Shown here: piece by piece, positions 20,970 to 29,777 of the stretch
How positions within the stretch are numbered: the stretch's first letter is position 1
Layout: every line of letters begins with the position of its first letter
Source: an uncultured delta proteobacterium
Lineage (GTDB): Bacteria; Myxococcota_A; Polyangia; Haliangiales; Haliangiaceae
DNA: 64,000 bases
Assembly (NCBI GenBank): GCA_963848295.1
Contig: CAWKDB010000010.1
Coordinates: 1,920,001-1,984,000, forward strand
Direction: 5' to 3'
The notes under the pieces: generated by a model
What the model saw: only the letters and a program-made list of their open reading frames with translations
Database searches by the model: none
Told to the model about the DNA's origin: nothing
Position numbers and translations under genes: made by a program

Positions 20970-22946
20970 ATGAGCGTACCGATCTTACTGGTCACGATGC
21001 CTTGGGGGTCGGTCCGATTCCCGTCGATCCAGCTCGGGACACTCAAGTCGGTACTGCAGCGCGGAGGTCTCGAGGCGCGAGTGCTGTACTTGAATCTCAA
21101 GTTCGCCGAGTTCATCTCCGAACAAGGAGCGAAGGCGGCGAGCACATCGGACGAGGACCGGATCTCGATCAAAGAGCTGCTCCAGCTTGGGGACAACCCG
21201 AGGTTAGGTGACTGGGTCTTTGCGGTCCCGCCGTTCCGCCCAACCAACGATGACGCCGATCGGGACTTCCTCACGCCGCGCGGTGTCCGCGAGCCGGCGG
21301 TCGAAAGGGTCGTCGCGAGCCTCACACGTCTGCGTGCTCTGGCTCCGGCGTTTCTGACTGACTGTCTAGAAGAGATCATCGCGCTGGAACCTCGCGTCAT
21401 CGGGTTTACGACCAGCTTCGGTCAGAACGTCGCGTCGCTCGCATTGGCGCAACTGATCAAAGAACGCTTGCCTGCGACGAGGATCGTGTTCGGTGGGGCG
21501 AACTGCGATGGGCCGATGGGCGTGGCGCTCCACCACAGCTTCCCGTGGGTCGATGTCGTCGTGCGCGGCGAAGCGGAGCGCGTGGTGGTTCCGTTGTTCG
21601 AAGATCTGCTGGCGGGCCGTCCGGTGCGAGATCTGCCCGGCATGTGTCGGCGCGATGAGGGCGTGAGCATCGTCACGCCACAGAGCCACGATCTGGTCAG
21701 CATGGCCGAAGTTCCCGCGCCCGACTACGAGGAGTACTTCGAGGCGCTCGCGGCGAGTCCGCTCCGACACGATCTGCTGAGCGACGTGCGCATCCTCTAC
21801 GAGAGCGCGCGCGGATGTTGGTGGGGCGAGAAGAACCACTGCACGTTCTGCGGGCTCAACGGCTCGTCGATGAAGTTCCGCAGCAAGAGTGCCGACCAGA
21901 CGTATCGAGAGATGGTCGAGCTCGGCCGCCGGCACACAAACCTCCATTTTCAGGTGGTCGACAACATCATCGAGCTGCGCTACCTGGAGGAGCTCCTGCC
22001 TCGGCTACGCGATACCGAGTGGGATTGGAATGTGTTTTACGAAACCAAGGCCAACCTCAAGCGCGATCAGCTGCGCCTGTTTCGCGAAGCGGGAGTTCGC
22101 GACATTCAACCCGGCATCGAGAGCCTGAGCACTCCGATTCTCAGGTTGATGAACAAGGGCGTTACCGCGCTCCAGAACATTCGGCTGTTGAAATGGTGCG
22201 CCGAGCTCGGGATCCACATCGAGTGGAACCTCATCTTTGGCTTCCCCGGGGAAGATCCCGCGGAATACGAAGCGATGGCCGCGCTGATCCCGTCGTTGGT
22301 TCACTTGACTGCGCCCACAGTGACGCCGCTCAACGTCGAACGGTTCAGCCCGTATCACGAGCACCCCGAGCGCTACGGTATCGAGATCCTCGGCGCGGCG
22401 AGACACTACGCGCTCCTCTACCCGCTCCCCGCGGTGCAACTCGCCGAGCTCGCATACGCCTTCGAGTTCCGCTATCTCGATGGCCGCGATCCCCACGCGT
22501 ATGCCGATCCGCTGGTGAGCCAAGTCAACGCGTGGCGGGAAGCGGCCGCGGACGGAACCTTGGCGTACGATGTCGGGCCCGGTTTCGTGGTCATCGATGA
22601 CCATCGCCCGACGGTGGAGTCGGCGCGCTACACGTTTCACGAGCGCGAAGCGCTGATCTATCTGGCGTGCGACGCCGGTGCGACGCCGGCGCAGGTGCAC
22701 GACCTCCTCACGAAGCGCGGCGAACACGAGCTCACGCCAGGAGACATCGCAGAGTTCCTCGACAGCTTGGTCGAGCTCCGTCTGGTCTACCGCGAGCGCG
22801 GCAAGTACCTCTCCCTCGCGACCGCGCGTGACCAGCACCGGGCGCTCAGGCGACTCGGCATCACCGACCTCGACGACGAGCACGATCGCGACGAAGCTGC
22901 AGCGGCAGCTGGTTTGATCCAGCTCAAGCGCGCTGCGAGCCAGTAG
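20970..22946 (+). CDS. RiPP-maturation B12-dependent radical SAM C-methyltransferase (TIGR03975/PoyC-like)
   Basis: MPW...PSIQLG.LK start, B12-binding region (GGANC, GEAE), Cx7Cx2C motif CWWGEKNHCTFC, QPGIESLS, WNLIFGFPGE, and a C-terminal wHTH/RRE-like region. Confidence 0.9.
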   Translation: MSVPILLVTMPWGSVRFPSIQLGTLKSVLQRGGLEARVLYLNLKFAEFISEQGAKAASTSDEDRISIKELLQLGDNPRLGDWVFAVPPFRPTNDDADRDFLTPRGVREPAVERVVASLTRLRALAPAFLTDCLEEIIALEPRVIGFTTSFGQNVASLALAQLIKERLPATRIVFGGANCDGPMGVALHHSFPWVDVVVRGEAERVVVPLFEDLLAGRPVRDLPGMCRRDEGVSIVTPQSHDLVSMAEVPAPDYEEYFEALAASPLRHDLLSDVRILYESARGCWWGEKNHCTFCGLNGSSMKFRSKSADQTYREMVELGRRHTNLHFQVVDNIIELRYLEELLPRLRDTEWDWNVFYETKANLKRDQLRLFREAGVRDIQPGIESLSTPILRLMNKGVTALQNIRLLKWCAELGIHIEWNLIFGFPGEDPAEYEAMAALIPSLVHLTAPTVTPLNVERFSPYHEHPERYGIEILGAARHYALLYPLPAVQLAELAYAFEFRYLDGRDPHAYADPLVSQVNAWREAAADGTLAYDVGPGFVVIDDHRPTVESARYTFHEREALIYLACDAGATPAQVHDLLTKRGEHELTPGDIAEFLDSLVELRLVYRERGKYLSLATARDQHRALRRLGITDLDDEHDRDEAAAAAGLIQLKRAASQ

Positions 22947-23072
22947 CGCTTTCCCGCGAGGGTCGAACGGCTCGCGGATCAGTCGTGTTTGGGACTCGTG
23001 CGATCGACGTGCGCTATGCCCGGGCGGCGTCCACGGATTCCGTACCGGTGCGCCGTTCGGGTATCGTTGGTC

Positions 23073-26000
23073 GTGGGCAGCGATACGCGAACCGGATCGG
23101 GTGTTCCGACCGGCGTGCCGGCGAGCTTCGCATCGAGTGCGACCCCCGGTCAGTTGACCGGTCGGGAGCTCGGCGGCTTCACGTTGCGCGAAGTGATCGG
23201 CGCGGGCGGCTACGGCGACGTGTATCTCGCCGTGCAGGAGGCGTTGCATCGCGACGCGATCGTGAAGGTGCTGCGCCAAGAGGCGATGGACGAGATGCGA
23301 GTGCAGCGGTTCCTGCGCGAAGCGCGGCTCGCCTCGCGACTCGACCATCCGTATGCGGCGCACATCTATGCGTTTGGCGCTGAAGACGACGGCGTGTTCT
23401 GGATCGCGATGGAGCACGTGCGCGGGGCGTCACTCCGTGCCGTCCTCGAAGCGCAAGGCCCGATGGTCCTCGAGAGATTCGTGCCGCTGCTCGAACGGAT
23501 CTGCGAGGTCGTCCAGACCGCACACGAGCAAGGGATCATTCACCGCGACCTCAAGCCAGACAACATCATGGTGATCTCGCGGGCGGGGAAGCTCATGCCC
23601 AAGCTGCTCGATTTCGGGATCGCGCGGGCGCTGGGCGAGGAGGCGACGTTGCCGAATGAAGCGGCGAGCGCGGAGGACCTTGCGCGTCCCGTCGAAAAGA
23701 CGACGCAGCGCGGATCCGTGTTGGGATCGCCCCCGTACATGGCGCCGGAGGTGTGGAGGGATGCGCACGGCGTCGGACCTGGCGCGGACCAGTACGCACT
23801 CGGCGCGCTCGCCTACGAGGCCCTGAGTGGCCGGATCGCGTTCGATGGCAGGACCGTGATGGAGGTCGCGCGCGCGCACGCCAAGGGTGTGGTCGCGCCG
23901 CTCGGCGACGGATTTCCTGTCGAGCTCGATAGCGTGATCAGTCGTTCGCTCGCTCGTTCGCCTGCGAATCGGTATGGGAACATGCTCGAGCTTGCTCAGG
24001 CGTTCCGCGACGCCGCCGGGGTCAACGCCGCAGCGGTCGACATCCCCGAGCTCGACCAAGAGCTGCGGGCGCTGTACCTGGCGCGGGCGCCGCAGCCACT
24101 TGCGGACGCGGTCGCAGGCTACGACGCAGCGAAAAATGCGCACCAGGCTCGCGAGTCGTTGCGCGCACTGGTCCGGACCTCCGCGACCTATGTGGGAATC
24201 GTCGCGCTTGCCTGCCGGACACGCGTTGGCAGCGGAGGAGTGGTCGATTCGGAGCATACGCAAACGCTCCTGCGCGAGCTCCGCCGCGACGGACTGACAT
24301 CGAGTGGATGGATCGGGCTCGCCCGCCAGCTGACCGAGCCGTTCGCGCGTCTTCCCGACACGCATCCGATGCCGGAGCTGGTGACCCTGCTGCAGCGCGC
24401 ACGTGGAGTCGATCCGTTCGCCTCGGTGGTCGAGGGCTCGCTGTCGGAGTCGCTGGTCGATCCGTCGCAGGAAGCGGCGAGCCAAGCGATCGCGCGCGAG
24501 CTCCCCAGCGTGATCGGCCTGCTCCGTGCACTCGCGTTCGTCCTCGACTACCAGCTCGTCGTCGCACGCGATGGCTATGCGGAGTCCTGGGCCGGCGCGC
24601 GCGGTGCAGGCGCCCGCCGGCGCGTCCTGCTCGGCCGAGTGGTCTCGCAGGACCATCCAGTGCTCGTGGACAGCGACGGGCACCCACTCGTCTCGCTGTG
24701 GCCGCTGATGCAGCTGAGCATGGCGGTGCCCGGACGTACGGAAGAGCTCTTCATGTTGGCGGGACCGGGCCGACGCGGTGCCCGGCTCGTTTCGAGCCCC
24801 CACGGGTTCGAGCACAGCGATGATGGGCTGTGGGATTGGTTCCGCGAGCAGCTGTTCCGCGCCGAGGATCCGGAGGCGAACGCGACGGCCGTGGAGTCGC
24901 CATACCGCGGGCTGGCGGCATACCGCGCGAGCGACGCGGCGTGGTTCTTCGGTCGCGAGCGCGAGGTCGAGGTCGTGATCAATCGTCTCAAGGTCGAGGC
25001 GTTCGTCGCGGTGGTGGGACCGTCGGGTGTCGGCAAGAGCTCGTTCGTCCACGCCGGCGTCGCGTCTGCCCTGGCGGGCTTTCGAGTGGTGACGACCCGG
25101 CCCCAGCATGCGCCCCTCGAGCAACTCGGAGCAGCGCTCGGCATCCCCAACTTACGCGAGGCGGCGACCGCCGATGTCACCACGGCCGCAGCGCAAATCC
25201 GCGCGCTGGCAACCGAGTCGAACGGCCTGCTCGTCGTGATCGATCAGTTCGAGGAGACGCTCACTCTCGGTAGCTCGCCGGAAGAGCGCGATCTGTTTGC
25301 ACGGGTCCTGCTCGCCGCGACTCGCACGCCAGACCATCCGGTCCGCGTCGTGATCACGTTGCGCGACGACTTCTTAATACGCGCGGAACAGCTGCCCGGC
25401 TTCGACCAGGCGCTCGCCAGAGGACTCCAGCTCCTCGGACCACTGGGCGCGGCCGCACTCGAGCGTGTCGTCGTCGAGCCGGCACGTCGCGCGGGCTTCG
25501 AGTTCGAGGATGCGAACCTGCCGGCGAGGATGGTCGAGGCTGTCGCAGGTACTCCTGCCGCCGTTGCGCTGATCTCGTTCACCGCCACGCGACTGTGGGA
25601 GTTGCGCGATCGTCACTTCCATCAACTGCCAAGGAAAGCCTACGAGGCGATCGGGGGCGTGGCCGGTGCCCTCGCGCTGCACGCCGACGAAACGGTCGAA
25701 GCGATGCCTGCGGGCGAGCGTGCGCTGGTGCGCAAAGCCTTCCGCCATCTGGTGACGTTCGAAGGTACCCGCGCCGTGCTCGGCCGCGATGAGTTGATGC
25801 AGCTGCTCGGCGGCCGGGGGGACGCGGAGAAAGCGCTCGAGGGACTGATCGAGGCCCGGCTCTTGGTGTCGTCGGAGAACGAGGAAGGCGAGGCAGCGGT
25901 CGAGATCATTCACGAGACGCTGCTCACGGCGTGGCCGCGGCTGGCCGAGTGGCGACGAGAAGATAGCGAAGGCTCGCGGTTCCACGAACAGCTGCGCGCC

Positions 26001-28418
26001 GCCGCCAAGCAATGGCACGATCGCGGCCGCCCGCGCGGGGCACTGTGGCGCGGGGACGCCCTCGCCGAATACGAGCTGTGGCGCAAGCGCCACCCCGATA
26101 ACCTCACACCGGTCGAGGCCGCGTTCGGCGGGGCGAGCGTCGCGAGTGAAGCACGGGGGCGCCGGCTCCGTAGGTTGTCGGCAGCGATCGCTCTGGTCAT
26201 CGCCGCGGTGTTCGTCGCGTTCCTCTGGCGCGCAAACCGGATCGAGCATCGGATGCTGCGCGAAGCGACCTTCGATCAGGGCCGGATGATGATGCTCAAC
26301 GGCGATAGCCGCGCCGCGCTGCCCTATCTGCAGCATGCGTACGAACAAGGCGAGACCGGCCCGGCGAATCGCTTGCTGATCGAGGAGGCTCTTCGATCGG
26401 GACGCGCACGCATCGCGACCTTTGCCGGGCACACCGGCCGACTGCGGGCGGTTGCGTTCAGTCCCGATGGTACGGAGGTCGGGACGGCGAGCGACGACGG
26501 TACCGCCCGGGTCTGGAACAGCAAGACCGGGGCCCTGATCGATACGATCGCTCTGTCGGGCGTCGTCCGAGCGCTCGCGTTCAGTCCCGATGGCAAGATC
26601 GTCGCCTGCGGAGGCGACGAAGCAGCAGTCCACCTTTGGGACCTCGAGCAACACCGCGAGCTCGCCCCGCTCGCGGGAGCCGGGCCGGCGGTTCTCCAAC
26701 TGTCGTTCAGCGGCGACGGCCATCTCATCCTGGTCGTCGGCGCCGGCCGAATCAAGACGATGTCGCTAATCGGAGGCGCGGTCGTCGATTTCGGCCCAGT
26801 GGAGGGTTTTGCCGGCGCGGTCTTTGCGAACCACGACGCGACCATCGCGGGCTGGGATTCTGCCGGACACGTCGGGCTGTGGGACACGCGCTCGCGGCAG
26901 CCGATCGCTAGCCACGTTGCCGCGGTCGGTGATGGTGTAGGCGCCGCCGCCCCCGACGGATCCTTCGTTGCAGTGGCGACAAAGACCGGGCAGCTCGACG
27001 TGCTCCGTGCCGACGGAACCATCACCGCGATCACCGCGCACGATCAGACCATCATCTCGGTGGCGGTTTCGCCTTCAGGTTCGCTCGTAGCAACCGGCAG
27101 CGCGGATGGCACCGCCAAGACCTGGGACCTCGCGGGCCGGCCAGCTCGCGTCTTCGGTTGGGGAGGTGGTCCCGCGATCAACGTCGTGCGATTCTCACCG
27201 AACGGCGAATTGCTGTTGACGGCCTGCGCAGACGGCTCCGCGCGGCTCTGGCAGGTGCGGAGCGGGCTTTTGCTCGGCGAGCTGTCCGGCCATTCCACCG
27301 CGATCTTTGCCGCGGCGTTTTCTACGACAGGCGATCGTATCGTCACCGGCTCGCTCGATTCGCGCGCGATCGCGTGGGATGTCGCGAAGGCCCGCGAGTT
27401 TGTGTCGCTCCCGATCGGAGGGGTCACCTCGATCGCGTTTGTTTCACAGACGGCGTTCAGCCGAGATGGGCGGTTCGTCGCCGTGGCAACCGCCGATCGA
27501 TCGCTCGCGGTCCTACGGTCGGTGGACGGAGCCCTCGTGTGCAGCCACGCGTTCGACAAGCCGATCGATCAGATCGCGTGGGGGCCAGATGGCGCGACCA
27601 TCGTGACGGTGTTCGACTCGGACCTGATCATTCCCGTCTGGGATGCGCGCACTTGTACGGTCGTGCATCAGTTGAGACATCCTCGGCCCGCCTCGTGTGT
27701 CGCGTTTGCTCCGAACGGGGAGATCGTCAGCGGCTCCGATGACGGCATCCTCCGGCGCTGGGACATCGCCGGCGAACGCGTAGTGGCGAGTTACCCTCCC
27801 CTTCCCGGTCGAATCGACCTCGTCGGCTTCGATCCCGCCGAAGCGCAGATCTGGGCGACAACATCGAGCGAAACAGGCGGTGCCCTCACCCTCTTGGATC
27901 CCGCTCACCCGGTCAACCGACGGGTGCTCGCGGCGTCGAATCAATCGCTCTCCGCGGTAACGTTCGATCCAGCACACCATCGCATCCTCGCGTCGGCGCT
28001 CGATCAGCGCGTGTGGATCTGGGATGATCGCAGCGGGGCGTTGATCACCAAGCTCGACGCGAGCGGGGTTCTGGCGGGACTAGAGATGAGCCCGGATGGA
28101 CGTTTCCTCGTGGGCATCGGCGGGACCTCGCCCACGGTCTGGGATCCGGACACGCTGGCCGAGCTAGGCACTCTCGACGGTCACACCGATGTCGTCGGCC
28201 AGGGTGGCTTCCTACCGGGCGATCTGCTCGTGACCGCAAGCCGCGACGGTAGCGTCCGGGTCTGGGACCTAGCGACCCGGCGCTCGCTCTTGATACTGCA
28301 CGGCGCAGACGAGATGGCGCTCAGCCCCCAAGGTGCCGTGATCCTTGCCGACGGAGCAGGCGTGCGGGAGTGGTTTCCGAGCATGCCCACACCGGAGCTC
28401 GGTACGATGATGAAGTGA
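23073..28418 (+). CDS. Ser/Thr kinase - STAND (nSTAND1-like) NTPase - TM - WD40 repeat protein
   Basis: GAGGYG, HRDLKPDN, DFG and APE; PYRGL...FFGRERE, Walker A GPSGVGKSS, Walker B VIDQFEE; TM helix; many GH...WD repeats. Start uncertain (22989, 23016 or 23073). Confidence 0.9.
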   Translation: MGSDTRTGSGVPTGVPASFASSATPGQLTGRELGGFTLREVIGAGGYGDVYLAVQEALHRDAIVKVLRQEAMDEMRVQRFLREARLASRLDHPYAAHIYAFGAEDDGVFWIAMEHVRGASLRAVLEAQGPMVLERFVPLLERICEVVQTAHEQGIIHRDLKPDNIMVISRAGKLMPKLLDFGIARALGEEATLPNEAASAEDLARPVEKTTQRGSVLGSPPYMAPEVWRDAHGVGPGADQYALGALAYEALSGRIAFDGRTVMEVARAHAKGVVAPLGDGFPVELDSVISRSLARSPANRYGNMLELAQAFRDAAGVNAAAVDIPELDQELRALYLARAPQPLADAVAGYDAAKNAHQARESLRALVRTSATYVGIVALACRTRVGSGGVVDSEHTQTLLRELRRDGLTSSGWIGLARQLTEPFARLPDTHPMPELVTLLQRARGVDPFASVVEGSLSESLVDPSQEAASQAIARELPSVIGLLRALAFVLDYQLVVARDGYAESWAGARGAGARRRVLLGRVVSQDHPVLVDSDGHPLVSLWPLMQLSMAVPGRTEELFMLAGPGRRGARLVSSPHGFEHSDDGLWDWFREQLFRAEDPEANATAVESPYRGLAAYRASDAAWFFGREREVEVVINRLKVEAFVAVVGPSGVGKSSFVHAGVASALAGFRVVTTRPQHAPLEQLGAALGIPNLREAATADVTTAAAQIRALATESNGLLVVIDQFEETLTLGSSPEERDLFARVLLAATRTPDHPVRVVITLRDDFLIRAEQLPGFDQALARGLQLLGPLGAAALERVVVEPARRAGFEFEDANLPARMVEAVAGTPAAVALISFTATRLWELRDRHFHQLPRKAYEAIGGVAGALALHADETVEAMPAGERALVRKAFRHLVTFEGTRAVLGRDELMQLLGGRGDAEKALEGLIEARLLVSSENEEGEAAVEIIHETLLTAWPRLAEWRREDSEGSRFHEQLRAAAKQWHDRGRPRGALWRGDALAEYELWRKRHPDNLTPVEAAFGGASVASEARGRRLRRLSAAIALVIAAVFVAFLWRANRIEHRMLREATFDQGRMMMLNGDSRAALPYLQHAYEQGETGPANRLLIEEALRSGRARIATFAGHTGRLRAVAFSPDGTEVGTASDDGTARVWNSKTGALIDTIALSGVVRALAFSPDGKIVACGGDEAAVHLWDLEQHRELAPLAGAGPAVLQLSFSGDGHLILVVGAGRIKTMSLIGGAVVDFGPVEGFAGAVFANHDATIAGWDSAGHVGLWDTRSRQPIASHVAAVGDGVGAAAPDGSFVAVATKTGQLDVLRADGTITAITAHDQTIISVAVSPSGSLVATGSADGTAKTWDLAGRPARVFGWGGGPAINVVRFSPNGELLLTACADGSARLWQVRSGLLLGELSGHSTAIFAAAFSTTGDRIVTGSLDSRAIAWDVAKAREFVSLPIGGVTSIAFVSQTAFSRDGRFVAVATADRSLAVLRSVDGALVCSHAFDKPIDQIAWGPDGATIVTVFDSDLIIPVWDARTCTVVHQLRHPRPASCVAFAPNGEIVSGSDDGILRRWDIAGERVVASYPPLPGRIDLVGFDPAEAQIWATTSSETGGALTLLDPAHPVNRRVLAASNQSLSAVTFDPAHHRILASALDQRVWIWDDRSGALITKLDASGVLAGLEMSPDGRFLVGIGGTSPTVWDPDTLAELGTLDGHTDVVGQGGFLPGDLLVTASRDGSVRVWDLATRRSLLILHGADEMALSPQGAVILADGAGVREWFPSMPTPELGTMMK

Positions 28419-28427
28419 ATCATCCCC

Positions 28428-28499
28428 CGATCTCATACATGTATAATATCATTACGTTTTCCATTGAGATCGACACCGCGTCCGGGTACTTTGGTAACC
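28428..28499 (+). promoter_or_regulatory. AT-rich sigma70-like promoter (TTGAGA-17 bp-TACTTT) for the precursor, with dyad elements
   Basis: -35 at 28464-28469, -10 at 28487-28492, and the ATG 7 nt later with no SD. Palindrome ATACATGTAT at 28435-28444; inverted repeat CGATCTCA/TGAGATCG at 28428 and 28465. Confidence 0.55.
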
Positions 28500-28640
28500 A
28501 TGAACAAGACCAAGAAGCCCACCAAGAAACAGGCGAAGCTTCAGGTTCTAAAAGTCGCGGTTCGGAGCCTCAGCGTGAAAGAGCTCAAGGACGCGGTGGG
28601 CGGAATCGCCGTCCACAATGCTGGGTGCGCGTTCACCTAG
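28500..28640 (+). CDS. Putative RiPP precursor peptide, 46 aa, double-glycine leader
   Basis: MNKTKKPTKKQAKLQVLKVAVRSLSVKELKDAVGG-IAVHNAGCAFT*. Has an LS..EL..V.GG-type cleavage motif; absent from the ORF track because it is under 60 aa. Confidence 0.8.
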   Translation: MNKTKKPTKKQAKLQVLKVAVRSLSVKELKDAVGGIAVHNAGCAFT

Positions 28641-29692
28641 CCGAGTCGTCGGAACGAGAAGGCGGCCCAGCGGAACGTCCCCATCCAGGCGCGCGCGTTG
28701 CTTTTTGCGAAGCGCCTCTCCAGAGCGCGCCACATGCGCGCCGGATCCTCCCAGCCGGGTGAGGCCGCCGCTTTCAAGTGTTCCTGAGAAAGGAACGCTT
28801 TCGCGAACGGGATGCCGATCGACCGGCGCTCGTCGAGCTCGCAGCTCGCGAGATGTCGGACCGGGCACCCGAGCGCCGTCAGCCGCGTCTCGAGAGAGCG
28901 CGCGTGAGCCGCGGCGTCGAGACGCCCGCGCGTATTCAGCAACCGCGCCAGCGGATGTCGCCTCGGCACCGTGAGCCATCCGTCGATGATGACGAGATAG
29001 CCGCCCTGCTCGAGGACGGAGTAGATCCCTCGTGCCGCGCGCCCCGGGTCGAGCCAGTGGAGGGCGAGCGAGATCGTGACGACGTCGTAGTGCTCGGTGT
29101 GAAATGGCAGCCGGTTGCAGTTGTCATGCAGATAACGCACGCGCACACCACGCTGTGCCGCGTCCCCCGCAGCGATCCTCAGGAATGGCTCGGAGACGTC
29201 CATCCCCGTAACGTGAGACGAGATCTCTGCTAGCTGATTTGCCAAGGCTCCAGTTCCGGTCGCGAGATCGAGGACTCGCGTTGGTTTTCGGATCCTGGCC
29301 GCGCGAGCAACCCAACGCGCGATCGCGGGCGGAATCGTCCGGTGCTCGCGATAGTCGTCGGCCATGTCCGCCCCGTACATCGCGCGAGCATCGCCGACTC
29401 GAACGAGGATCTGGTGGCGCTCGAGCCCGCTCACCAGCTGATATGCGATCCGCTGGTGCTCGGCCGTGCGCGCGAGCCCGTTGACGCGAAGAAATGCAGC
29501 GATCGCCTCGCGGACAGATGTCCCGGTTCCGCTGAAGCAGCCGAGCAGCACGCGATGGGGTTCGGTCAGATTCACCGCGCGGTTGTACGGATGCGTGAGC
29601 GACGTGACGTATGGCTTGCCGTCGAAGTCGACTTCGAGCGCGAAGTGCGGCGATGGTTTGAGTACATCGTCGAACGCGGCATCTTTGCCCAT
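28637..29692 (-). CDS. Class I SAM-dependent methyltransferase with N-terminal PqqD/RRE-like extension
   Basis: VLDLATGTG, GMDVSEPFL, YDVVTISLALHW and LEQGG, preceded by about 100 aa with a beta-strands-then-three-helices pattern. Confidence 0.82.
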   Translation of the reverse strand: MGKDAAFDDVLKPSPHFALEVDFDGKPYVTSLTHPYNRAVNLTEPHRVLLGCFSGTGTSVREAIAAFLRVNGLARTAEHQRIAYQLVSGLERHQILVRVGDARAMYGADMADDYREHRTIPPAIARWVARAARIRKPTRVLDLATGTGALANQLAEISSHVTGMDVSEPFLRIAAGDAAQRGVRVRYLHDNCNRLPFHTEHYDVVTISLALHWLDPGRAARGIYSVLEQGGYLVIIDGWLTVPRRHPLARLLNTRGRLDAAAHARSLETRLTALGCPVRHLASCELDERRSIGIPFAKAFLSQEHLKAAASPGWEDPARMWRALERRFAKSNARAWMGTFRWAAFSFRRLG

Positions 29693-29777
29693 TGAAGCGA
29701 TCCTACGTGACCCCGCGGACTTGATCGACGGCTCGGCGTGAACGTGGGGCTTCCTCATCGCGTACCATGGTCGGGCT

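Noticed and set aside
20860..20973. 37-aa ORF overlapping the rSAM start as a second precursor
   Set aside because: No leader motif, SD or GG site; the Pro/Arg composition is typical of spurious GC-rich ORFs.
28370..28762. 130-aa ORF from the track spanning the precursor region
   Set aside because: It crosses the promoter and overlaps two real genes; the 46-aa frame has the clear leader motif.
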